A stretch of 64,000 nucleotides of DNA, taken from contig JBLDXI010000026.1 in the NCBI GenBank assembly GCA_047495785.1, positions 1,116,001 to 1,180,000 on the forward strand, given 5' to 3'. The translations under genes and the position numbers were made by a program. Below the pieces are notes generated by a model. It was given only the letters and a program-made list of their open reading frames with translations, was not told the DNA's origin and did no database searches. Origin of the DNA: Lepidodermella squamata (Eukaryota > Animalia > Gastrotricha). Shown here piece by piece: positions 49,452 to 61,107 of the stretch. Each line of letters starts with the position of its first letter. Position 1 is the first letter of the stretch.

Positions 49452-52035
49452 ATGCGCACGTACACTGGGCTCCTCCTGGTCGTCCTCTTGGCTCCTGCCG
49501 TTGTAAGCTTGTCTGAAACTAGGTGCGCCTTCTCTTTAAAAGAGTTTTCGGTTAGTTTGGGCAAGACGACAGTGATTTTGGCGATTGGAACGGTGGTGAT
49601 ACCGGAAGTCCAAGCAGCAATAACGGCGGTGGATCAAGGGGTCGATGCTCTGGGTTCACCTGTGGTGATGGGGCCTGCATAGAAGCGTCTTGGAAGTATG
49701 ACTATTGCCATTCGCAGACCAATTTAATACATATATATTTTTCCTCGCCTAGGTGCGATGGGGACGCAGACTGCAGTAAGAATAATCAGTCTTTCTCAAT
49801 ATTCAAACTTCTATTACGAATTTCGCTAGACGACGGAAGTGATGAGCGCAATTGCAACGGTCCTCTTCCGCCGGGCACCTTCGGACGAGAAGTACGCATC
49901 ATCACAAAAAGCTCCTAATTCCAACTGTATTTTGCTGTTTTTGTTTCAATTTCCAGTCTACATGCACGGGTTTCTCATGCAACAACGGGCGCTGTATCTC
50001 CGCTGACTATGTGTGAGTTCAATTTGTAATATGGTTTTCAAAGCTAAAAAGGAATGTTATAGGTGCGACAATGATGATGACTGCGGTTTGTCTTAGCAAT
50101 TTGCAACTCGAATTCGTAATAGAAGCATTATTCTTACAGATGACGGTAGCGACGAAGCCAACTGTGCAGCTGCCACTACTCCTAAACAGGCACAATGCGG
50201 ACGGGGCGAATTCAAGTGCAACAATGGCAGGTGTATAACAGGCTCCTATCTGTAAGAATATCAGAATGCTAAGATGTGGAATTAATTTGCCCTTATTTTT
50301 TAGTTGTGACGGTGACAATGACTGCGGTGAGTATCCTTAACGATATCAGTGATATCCGACCCATGTTCATCTTGGTTTAGGTGATCGAAGCGATGAAAGA
50401 AACTGCAGAGCTACAACTACAACACCAGTAAGTAGAACCTTACAAATCGGTGATCTGCAGAAATTAACTGAACTTTCCAAGGCTGGATGTGACGGGTTCA
50501 CCTGCAACAATGGAAACTGCGTTAGTTCGTCATATGTGTAAGTTGGGAAATCGGATTCATTCATGGCAGCCGTCAAAGATTCATTTTCTAATTTTTAGCT
50601 GCGATGGGGATGACGATTGCCGCAAGTTTCAATTATTTCTACCGGAATGTTATTTATTAATCGATATTCTAAATGAGCAGGCGATGGAAGCGATGAGAGA
50701 AACTGCCCCGGTTCAAACGGGAGAGTGAGTTATATAATTTATTGAACTGGCTGCAGCGGTATCACATTCAATACTTTGTTCCCAAGGCCAACAGTTGCGA
50801 CGGCTTTACATGCATGAATGGCAATTGCATTCAATCGAGCTATGTGTAGGTTTCCAATCAAAATTACAGTTTTTCCTTAATCCAATGTGATCACCTTAGT
50901 TGTGATGGCGACGACGATTGTGGTAAATCATCATGAATGAATCTTTATATGCCATAAAGTTCTGGCCCATAAATGCCAGGTGACAGAAGTGACGAAATCA
51001 TCTGCCGAGGAGCGGTAATTATAGCCTTTCTTGCCGAAATCGTATAGGCTAATAATTATCTTATAGGCTCCACAGACAACACGAACGACAACTCGACCAA
51101 CAACTAGACCGACAACTCGGACGACGACGCCACCAAGAGCTGCCCCAGCCCCCGCTCGAGCCTCGGCTCCGTCTCCTCCTCAGGCACCTCTACCCCCTGC
51201 TGGAAGTTGCGGCTTGACTAGTTCGAGCACCATGGCAGCAGTTGGTGCCCATCCTTGGATGGTTCGAATGGAAATGAAGTTCACAACAACCCCAGCTGGA
51301 CGTATCGTAATCTGCGGAGGGGCTTTGATTTCCGATCAATGGATCCTTACTGCTGCTCATTGCGTTACCGACGAAAAGGGTGGGAAAATTACTGATGTTG
51401 TGGTCCGTCTTGGCAGGAATGATCTCTCCCAGAAAAGCGAGCGAGGAGCTTATGACCTGGCCGCAACTCAGGTTTTCAAACATCCTAGCTACGATGCCAA
51501 CAACAAATGGTTTATGGATTTTGCGCTGGTGAAACTTCGGTCGAAAGCAGCCTTCTCCAGAACAATCCAACCAATTTGCTTGCCTGAGGGTTTGTGCAAT
51601 GCCACGATTCAGGAAACAGCAGCGTTTGCTGATAGTTGCAGGGAAGCTGTCGTTGCTGGCTGGGGAGTTTCAGACGGTAAACATCTTTGGATCTTGAATA
51701 TTGATTTTTGAATACTGTTTGTATCCTTCTTAGATGATCCCAGCCCCGACCAGCTGCTGGAAGTAGCAGTTCGCATCAATCCTCGTCAGCAATGTGATGA
51801 CAAGTATGGCCGACTATCGACTGCCCAAATATGCGCTGGAGACGGAACACGAGGCACCTGTCGAGGCGACAACGGTAGCCCGTTGATGTGCAAGCAGAGT
51901 TCGACTGGCCGTACTCATATCATTGGTGTTGTGTCTTGGGGCTACGTGGAGTGCGGAAAAAATGGTTATCCCTCTGTATTCGCTCGCGTCTGTACTGCCT
52001 TGCCATGGCTTAAGGAAATTATGGCTAATAATTGA
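49452..52035 (+). CDS. SP8: signal peptide + 5 LDLa + serine protease homologue (activation site deleted, Ser195->Asn)
   Basis: Reading frame intact; SST-MAAVG lacks GRIFGGT; TAAHC and MDFAL retained; GDNGSP. Confidence 0.82.
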
Positions 52036-53656
52036 TCTAAATGATCACCTGAAAACCTTTATTTATCGATACTGTTCTCAGATTACCTATGGATTCTGAT
52101 TAAGTACTTTTCTAGTTTGATTAAGGCCAAAGATAATAAAAATTTGACGAATAACAATCTTGCAAGTGAAAGTTGTCCGGGTATCAGTGCCGGATTTTCA
52201 ATTAGGCAAACAAAGCTACTGCTTTATTGCCCCGCGATTTTCGAGCCCGCAAAGAAAAACCATAAAGAAGAAATTATGTCCTAATGGCCCCCACGATTCT
52301 CGAGGTAGAATTAAACGTAATTGGGAAAGGCTTTGGTAACTTATTGGTGTAGACAATCGTGCTATGACCAGCTCCATCCGTTTCCGGATCAATTAGGACT
52401 TCTCCAGACCTTAGCAATCGTGACACAGTTACGCCGTTTTACATACGCCAGTGGCCTGTGATTCCTAATCAAGGGCTCGCTACCAAGTGCAAAACGCTCG
52501 CCACGATTGCTACAGTGCAGGGATAACTTTCTAGCGGAGGCACGGGGAGTTTGAAGTTTGACTCATCGGTCAATGCACACCGAAGCTTACCTCAACTGAA
52601 CACCCGCCTTTGTGTATTCACTTTTACTTGATTGTTTTCAGGGTGTTCCAATGGTACGATGCCAGCTTTCAGTTTGTGTATATTCGGTCTATACTAGGTC
52701 GCAAATGAGGAAAATCTGCTGAAAATGTATTTCCAGTAGTAACAAGCAAAATCCTGGCTACGCTAATTGCGTAATAAACGGTTCAGCCAAAACAGTTCAG
52801 TTTTACTTTGTGTGTTGTTTTCTTGCTATAATTGTTGCACTTGGCGCGTTGGTACTAGGATTGTGCGGTGCTCCCTTTTTAGCATAAATGAGCAAAATTA
52901 TGATGCCCTGAAGTCGATCAGCAATACTTCACGTCTCATGGCGTCTCAATTACAACCTCATCTTTGAAATGCAAAAAGTGGGCAGGAGCAGGGGTCATAA
53001 ATATTCCGTATTCCTTGAAGTACATAATCGCAAAATGGCGATGAAACAAGTCCAATACGCTGCACAAATCACGATGTTTTTAAACGAAACAAGACTTTTT
53101 TCATTGCCATGTTGTGCAAGAAAGCCGTAAACTTTCTTGAAAATTGACAAAACAGCCCAAGGCCCAAGTGACAATTATTCCGATTTTCCGAACAGCTTGG
53201 CCTGAAATTCTTCTATTTTCTTGAAAATCGAAGTTTGAAGTAAATAACAATATTCCACGAGGTAAATTTCGCTGATATTAATGCTCAGATCTTCTTGGCT
53301 TACTGCAGGCCCCGTCACAAATACACACGAATCATCCCTCGACTGTCAAACATGCAGCATTAAAAACAAAGGGTCTATCGTGATGCTAAGCGTGATGTTG
53401 AGCGTGTCATCTGAAATGGCATTTGAATCTTGGTTGACATTGTTGACATAGGCGCAGATACGCATGAATACGTTGGTGGGTATGAGCTTTGCCTAGTTTT
53501 CGATGCCTAAACACATCATTCGAAATGGCATTTGAAGCCAGTTTGATTACGTGCACACCACTAATTGCATTCCCTCGAACGACCACGCTAGAAATCTAAA
53601 CACGAGTTTCTCTCAAGTGAGTGTTGTATTTTCCAAAATTTCATCTTTTGAGAATA

Positions 53657-56343
53657 ATGCGAACCTACTCTGTGCTCCTCCTGGTCATCTTGGTGGCTCC
53701 AGCTGTTGTAAGTATCACTGAAACTGGGCCACATCTTCTTTCAAACATTTCTTGTTTAGTTTGGGCAAGATGAACAAAGCACTGATAATCCCGGTGATAA
53801 TAACGGTGGTAATAACGGTGGTAACATAGAAAGTCAAGGCAGCTACGGCTTTGATTCATGGCTTCGATGCCCAGGATTTTTCCCCTGTGATGATGGGTTA
53901 TGCGTTCCTATGCCTTGGAGGTAATACGATGCCGTGCATTCAAAATATATAATTAAATGTTGGCTCTTTCCCGTCTTAGATGCGATGGACAGCGGAACTG
54001 CGGTAGGGATAATTTAGAATTTTTGAAGTTCCTTCTTCCATCATCTTTTTTTATCGCAGGCGATGGAAGTGACGAACGCAATTGCAATAGGGGTCGCCCT
54101 CCAAGCCCCTCCGGGCGTGATGTAATGGCTCGCTATTTATCCTTTATATCACCTTTTCTTGTTTTGTTTCCTAGCCTACTTGCACAGGTTTCGCTTGCAA
54201 CAACGGTCGATGTATCTCACCTGACTATGTGTGAGTTCAGCTCATGAAAAATGATATTCTAAATTAATTAGGAATATTTCAGCTGTGACAATGAGGATGA
54301 CTGCGGTAAATGCATTTTAGCAATTCATAATTCGAAGTTGACGTCTTCTTACAGAGGACGGTAGCGATGAAGCCAACTGTGGAAGTGGTACCACTCCTAG
54401 ACCGGTATGATTTGAAAATCGCTGCTTACTGTGACTTTGATTAAGCCGATTCAAGGCACAATGCGGACGAGGCGAGTTCATGTGCAACAACGCCAAGTGT
54501 ATATCTAGCTCCTATGTGTAAGAACCCGCGTAGCAGATGTACATTAAATCAACGTTACCCTTCTTTTCCAGCTGCGATGGTGACAATGACTGCGGTGAGT
54601 ACGATGTACCATTGTTACGTTGACTCAAATCGGTGAAAACCATCTTCCTCCAGGTGATCGAAGTGACGAGAGAAACTGCCAAAGCAGAACAACATCAAGA
54701 ACAACAACAAAAACAACAACAAGACCAACAACAACAACAACAACAGTAAGTGCAATCTACTGGATTTTTAATCCGTAATAACTGCCAATTTTGTTAAGGC
54801 TAGTTCCTGCGATGATTTCACATGTTACAATGGAAACTGCGTTAATTCGCGATATGTGTAAAAATGATAACATTTGCCTTCGGCAGCTTTATTAATGACA
54901 TTTTCATGCTATCATTTCTAGATGCGATGGCGAGGATGATTGCCGCAAGTTTCTTGTATTTACAGTAAAACGCGATGTTATTATTAGTCATGAGCAGGTG
55001 ATGGAAGCGATGAGCAAAACTGCCGCGGCTCAACCGGAACAGTGAGTTATAATTGATCGAATTAGACTCAACGGTAACAAATTCAATACTTCTAAAACTT
55101 CCTCAAGGTCGACAGTTGCGACGGCTTTACATGCAGGAATGGTGATTGCACTCAATCGAGAAATGTGTAGGTTTACCATCAAAATTACAGTTCAACAATT
55201 TATCAAATTTTATCTCATTAGCTGTGACGGCTACAACGACTGTGGTAAATCAACATAAATAATTTTATTATTGGCCCTAAAGTTCTGGCGCCTTTAATTC
55301 CAGCCGACGGCAGTGACGAAATCAGCTGCAGGGTAATTATAGCCTTTCCTGCCGAAATCGGGTTGACTAATAATTTAAATCTTACGCACTGCAGACAACA
55401 ACTCAACCAACAACTCGACCAACAACTCGACCAAGAGCTGCGCCGGCACCTGCACCAGCTCCGGCTCCATCTCCTTCCCAGTCACCTTCGCCCTCTGCTG
55501 GAAGTTGCGGCTTGACTGGTTCGAGCACTGGCCGAATTTTCGGTGGCACCGTGGCCGCAGTTGGCGCTCATCCTTGGGTAGTTCGAATGGAAATGAAATT
55601 CACAACAACCCCAGCCGGCCGTATCATAATATGCGGAGGGGCTCTGATTGCTGACCAATGGATCCTTACAGCCTCTCATTGCGTCACCGACGAAAGCGGT
55701 GGGAAGATTACTGAAGTTCTGGCCCGCCTTGGCCGCAACGATCTTTCTCAGCGTAGCGAGCGAGGAGCTTATGACCTGACCGGAACTCAAGTGTTCAAAC
55801 ATCCTAGCTACGACCCCGAAAACAAATGGTTTATGGATTTTGCTCTCGTTAAACTTCGGTCGAAAGCAACGTTCTCCAGAACAGTTCAGCCGATTTGCCT
55901 GCCCGATGCTTTGTGTAACAGCACAATTTCTGCTTCAGCGGCTTATGCCGATAGCTGCACTGAAGCTGTCGTTGCTGGCTGGGGAATTTCTGACAGTACT
56001 TTCACAATTCTGAGATGCCAAATATTTACTATCTGTTTTAGATGATCCAAGTCCCGACCAACTCCTAGAAGTAGCAGTTGGTATCAATCCTCGTCAACGA
56101 TGTGACGACAAGTATGGTAGACTTTCAACTGCCCAGATTTGCGTTGGAGACGGAACACAAGGCACCTGTCGAGGCGACAGCGGCGGCCCGTTGATGTGCA
56201 AGCAGGGTCCTACCGGCCGTACTCATATCATTGGTGTTGTGTCTTGGGGCTACAAAGACTGCGGAGTGAATGGCTATCCATCTGTATTTGCACGCGTTTG
56301 TTCCGCCCTGTCGTGGATCAAGGAAACCATGGCTAGTAATTGA
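53657..56343 (+). CDS. SP9: signal peptide + 5 LDLa + S1A serine protease (triad intact)
   Basis: GR|IFGG, TASHC, MDFAL, GTCRGDSGGP; stop at 56343. Confidence 0.87.
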
Positions 56344-56443
56344 TCTTCTCGTATTACGTTTTAAAGATTGCGTCCACTAATAACTACTATATGAATTCAG
56401 ATTTTTAATTCCGATTCCATTCTAAGGCCAAAGGTAATATTAA

Positions 56444-56771
56444 CACTAGGAAAAAAACTAGGTTTATTAGCTGATTTTTAGCTCGGAGCCAAAACTGAGT
56501 CGTCAATTTCCATGCAAAAACACAGCTGATTAGAGGGACATAGGAGGGTTTATTAGCCTATCCCAGCCATGACCCGAGCTAATTAGCTTGTCTTTCATTG
56601 TGAGACAAAATAAAGTAGTTGCAAGACAATGAAAATCTAGCTTATTAGCTAGCAAAGGCTAATAAACCCTCCTATGTCCCTCTAATCAGCTGTGTTTTTG
56701 CATGGAAATTGACGACTCAGTTTTGGCTCCGAGCTAAAAATCAGCTAATAAACCTAGTTTTTTTCCTAGTG
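56444..56771. mobile_element. CACTA/EnSpm-type MITE, 328 bp, with perfect 116-bp terminal inverted repeats
   Basis: CACTAGG...CCTAGTG termini; 56444-56559 is the exact reverse complement of 56656-56771; flanked by AA on both sides (2-bp TSD). Confidence 0.9.
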
Positions 56772-57039
56772 AAATCGTCCCGAATAATGTTTGAATATAA
56801 TAAATGCTATAAGGAAAATTGATCGATAATTTATTTTAACTCAGCCGTAGATCTCTCTATGAACTCAGCTCTACTATTAAACATCTTAATATTTAATATT
56901 CATGTTACCCGAGACCATACAATTCGAGACCATACCCAAGACCATTCTCTCGACTCGCCAATTCCAAAACACCGCGAGTTGCATCAATGTTCAGCTCGAC
57001 CAATGGCTGAAAGGAGCGGCGAAGTCCGCGAGACAGGCC

Positions 57040-57365
57040 AGATTTGCTCAGTTTTATTCTCAGACTTAAGAATAGGCGTAACAATGCTAGTTTTCCAGTA
57101 GTCGGGATACTTGCGACAGTCAAGGATGCTGTTGTACAGGTTGACATGGGCGAGTCGTGCTGCTGAATTGTTGAGAGCGTCACGGAGTAGGTTTTCCGGT
57201 ATGTCGTCGGAGCCAGTCGTCTTCTTGTTTGATAATTTCTACAGGTTACGCAGTATATCCTCCTCAGTTAACTTGCGGAAGGAAAATACCTCGGTGTATT
57301 GGCTTGAACGGGAGAAGTTCGGCTTTGGTAGCGAGTTGGCAATACTGGCACCGATGGAGACGAAA
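57040..57365 (-). mobile_element. LINE ORF2 fragment (region just upstream of the RT domain), with an in-frame stop
   Basis: FVSIG...FSFRKLTEEDILRNL*KLSNKKTTGSDDIPENLL...LYNSILDCRKYPDYWKTSIVTPILK, the typical L2/CR1-group RT domain-0 motif. Confidence 0.8.
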
Positions 57366-57645
57366 TTCATTGACATAATTCACCTATCAAGCCTTCTTTG
57401 CGTTCTGGTACAAATTACTCAGAAATGCGTAAATACACACGAATCATCCCTCGACTGGCAAGCCTGCAGCATTGAAAACAAAGGGTCTTTATTGATGTTG
57501 AGTGTGTCATCTGAAATGATATTTCAAGCCGGGTTGATTACGTGCACACCGTTAATTGCATTCCCTCGAACGACCACGCTAGAAATAAGCACGAGTTTCT
57601 CTCAAGTGAGTGTTGTATTTTTCAAAATTTCATCTTCTGAGAATA

Positions 57646-60339
57646 ATGCGTATCTACACTGTGCTCCTCCTGGTCGTCTTGGTGGTACCAGCCGTTGTAG
57701 GCATCTCTGCGAAATCAGACCTAATATTGTTTTATAATATTTCTTGGTTAGTTTGGGCAAGATGAACAAGGCAGTGATAATACCGGCAATGATAACGGTG
57801 GTAATAACGTCGAAAGTCAAAGCAGCTACAGCGTTGGTTCAAGGTTTCTTCGATGCCTTGGGTTCACCTGTGGTGATGGGCAATGCATTGCTGTAACTTG
57901 GAGGTGAAGCAATCATGAGCATTTGGGGAATAATTAAATTTAGCCTCTTTCCTGTCTTAGATGCGATGGAGACGAGGACTGCAGTAGGAATAATTTGGAA
58001 TTTCTGAAGTGCTATCTTCCATCGATTGTTTATTAGGCGATGGAAGTGACGAACGCAACTGCAATAGGGGTCGCCCTCCAAGCCCCTCCGGGCGTGATGT
58101 AATGGCTCGCTATTTATCCTTTATATCACCTGATCTTGTTTTGTTTCCAAGCCTTCTTGCACAGGTTTCGCTTGCAACAACGGTCGGTGTATCTCAGCTG
58201 ACTATGTGTGAGTTCAGCTCATGAAAAATGTAATTCTAAATTAATTAGGAATATTTCAGCTGTGACAAAGACGATGACTGCGGTATAAGCATTAGCAATT
58301 CATAAATTCGAAGTTGACGTCTTCTTACAGAGGACGGTAGCGATGAAGCTAGCTGTGCAAGCGGTACCACTCCTAGACCGGTATGATTTGAAAATCGCTG
58401 CTAACTGCGAATTTTATTAAACCGATTCAAGGCACAATGCGGACGAGGCGAGTTCGCGTGCAACAACGCCAAATGTATACCAAGCTCTTATGTGTAAGAA
58501 AACGCATAACATAGAATAGATTGAATCACCATTTACCATTCTTTTACAGCTGCGATGGTGACAATGATTGCGGTGATTATAATTGTTACGCTGAGTCAAC
58601 TGCGTGAAAATAAGCTTATTCTAGGTGATCGAAGTGATGAGAGAAACTGCCCAAGCAGGACAACAACTACTACAACAACTACAGTAAGTACAATAAATTT
58701 GCTGGAATGCTGATCCGTAATAATTGCCAATTTACTAAAGGATAGCGGTTGTGATGGTTTCACTTGCAACAATGGAAACTGCGTCATCTCGCGATATGTG
58801 TAAATTGGGAAAATTTTCCTTCGAAAGCTTTTTTAATGCTCCAATTTTTAGATGCGATGGCGACGATGATTGCCGCAAGTTTCTTGTATTTGCAGTAAAA
58901 CGTGATTTTAATATTAGTCATGAGCAGGTGATGGAAGCGATGAAAGAAATTGCCCCGGGTCAACCGGAAGAGTGAGTTATTACAGATTGAAATAGTTTCA
59001 GCTGTATACGCAATTAAAAAATTTGAAAATCCAGAGCCGCACCACAACTGTAATAGTGAGTGAAACAATTGTTAGATGTGGCGGTACCAAAACTTTGAAC
59101 ATTTTCCGAAGGCGAACAGATGCGACGGCTTTACCTGCAGGAATGGCAATTGCATTCAATCGAGCTATGCGTATGTTTCTAATTGAAATTAGATAAAAAA
59201 CATCATGATTCAATGCAATTATCTCAGCTGCGATGGTGACAACGATTGTGGTAAGTAGATGTAAAATATAAGTGTGCCGTGAGTTATGACATCCAACTTC
59301 AGGTGATGGCAGTGATGAAGCTAGCTGCAACGCGGTAATTAGTAACTACATTTCTGAATTCATGTAAATAATTTTACCGTAGCCCCAGACAACCAGACCG
59401 ACAACTCGACCAACGACGCCGCCAAGAGCTGCCCCTGCACCAGCCCCGGCACCATCTCCTTCGCCGTCTCCTTCGCCGTCTTCCTCCGCAGCAAGTTGCG
59501 GCTTAGTTGGTTCGAGCACTGGCCGTATTTTCGGCGGCACGGCGGCCGCAGTTGGCGCGCATCCTTGGGTGGTTCGAATGGAAATGAAATTCACTACAAC
59601 CCCAGCCGGCCGTATCATAATATGCGGGGGGGCTCTGATTTCTGACCAATGGATCCTTACAGCCTCTCATTGCGTCACCGACGAAAGCGGTGGGAAGATT
59701 ACTGAAGTTCTGGCCCGCCTTGGCCGCAACGATCTTTCTCAGCGTAGCGAGCGAGGAGCTTATGACCTGGCCGGGACTCAAGTGTTCAAACATCCTAGCT
59801 ACGATGCAAAAAACAAATGGTTTATGGATTTTGCGCTCGTTAAACTTCGGTCGAAAGCAACGTTCTCCAGAACAGTTCAGCCGATTTGCCTGCCCGATGC
59901 TTTGTGTAACAGCACAATTTCTGCTTCAGCGGCTTATGCTGATAGCTGCACTGAAGCAGTTGTCGCTGGCTGGGGAATTTCTAACGGTATACTTCTCGAA
60001 TAGTAAAATCCTAAATAATTGCTAGTGTCTGTTTCAGATGATCCTAGCCCCGATCAACTGTTAGAAGTAGCAGTTGGAATCAATCCTCGTCAACGTTGCG
60101 ACGACAAGTATGGCCGACTTTCAACTGCCCACATATGCGTTGGAGACGGAACGCGAGGCACCTGTCGAGGCGACAGCGGTGGCCCGTTGATGTGCAAGCA
60201 GGGTCCTACCGGCCGTACTCATATTATTGGTGTCGTGTCGTTTGGCTATACAGAGTGCGGTGTTAATGGCTTTCCCTCTGTATTTGCGCGCGTTTGTTCC
60301 GCTCTGCCGTGGATCAAGGAAACCATGGCTAATAATTGA
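57646..60339 (+). CDS. SP10: signal peptide + 5 LDLa + S1A serine protease (triad intact)
   Basis: GR|IFGG, TASHC, MDFAL, GTCRGDSGGP; protease exon nearly identical to SP9; extra 15-nt linker exon (SRTTT) at ~59035. Confidence 0.87.
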
Positions 60340-61107
60340 TCATCTCGTTTTACTTTGAACAATTACGTCTACAGATATAAATACAATTCAAATTCAGATT
60401 CTTGATTCCGATTCCGCTTTAAGGCCAAAAGTAATATATTTTTAAGTAATAATCGAACAATCGTCAAATAAAAATTATGTTATGGAAAAATTGCAATGAC
60501 TACGCTTTGACTATCTAACTTCTTAGTATTTATGTTAATCGAGACATTATAATTTTGAGTAGTAAACCCCACTGCATGAGCCTTCTTTCATCTCGTGGCT
60601 TCATTTCGTGTTTACTTGTTGTAAGGCATGGTTACGTCAGTATAGTCGTGAATTACTTAGGCATAAAGTTTAGCATTTGGTACACGTTGTGTGCTGGTCT
60701 CCTTTTAAAAACACAGCAAAGTTGATGCCCTTTGACCAGCAATCATTCAAGTCTCCACATGTCAGCCAATCAACCCATTTTCGCCAATAAAATACAAGAA
60801 ACGAGCGAGAGTTGCAGTCATGATTATGTAGTGAGCTTTATTCACAAGATGCTTCACGAGAGCTTCTGAACCCCTCCTCTACCTGTGTACAAATGATGAA
60901 TGTAGGGTGCTTTCAAATACGCAAAAAACTTTCCACGTTGACTCAAAACCTTGTTGGTACCTTGTTTAGTAACAGCTATTCCGTCATGCGGATCATGCTT
61001 GCTCTTATTCCTTTTATACCCAGATTAACGCTTGCAGAAGAAAGCCTTGAGTTTCTCGTAAGGATGAGTTGCATTTCATACATTTTCTTCACACAACAGT
61101 AAAGGCG

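Noticed and set aside
52300-53300. Intergenic DNA between SP8 and SP9 with short ORFs
   Set aside because: No consistent frame or known motif on either strand.
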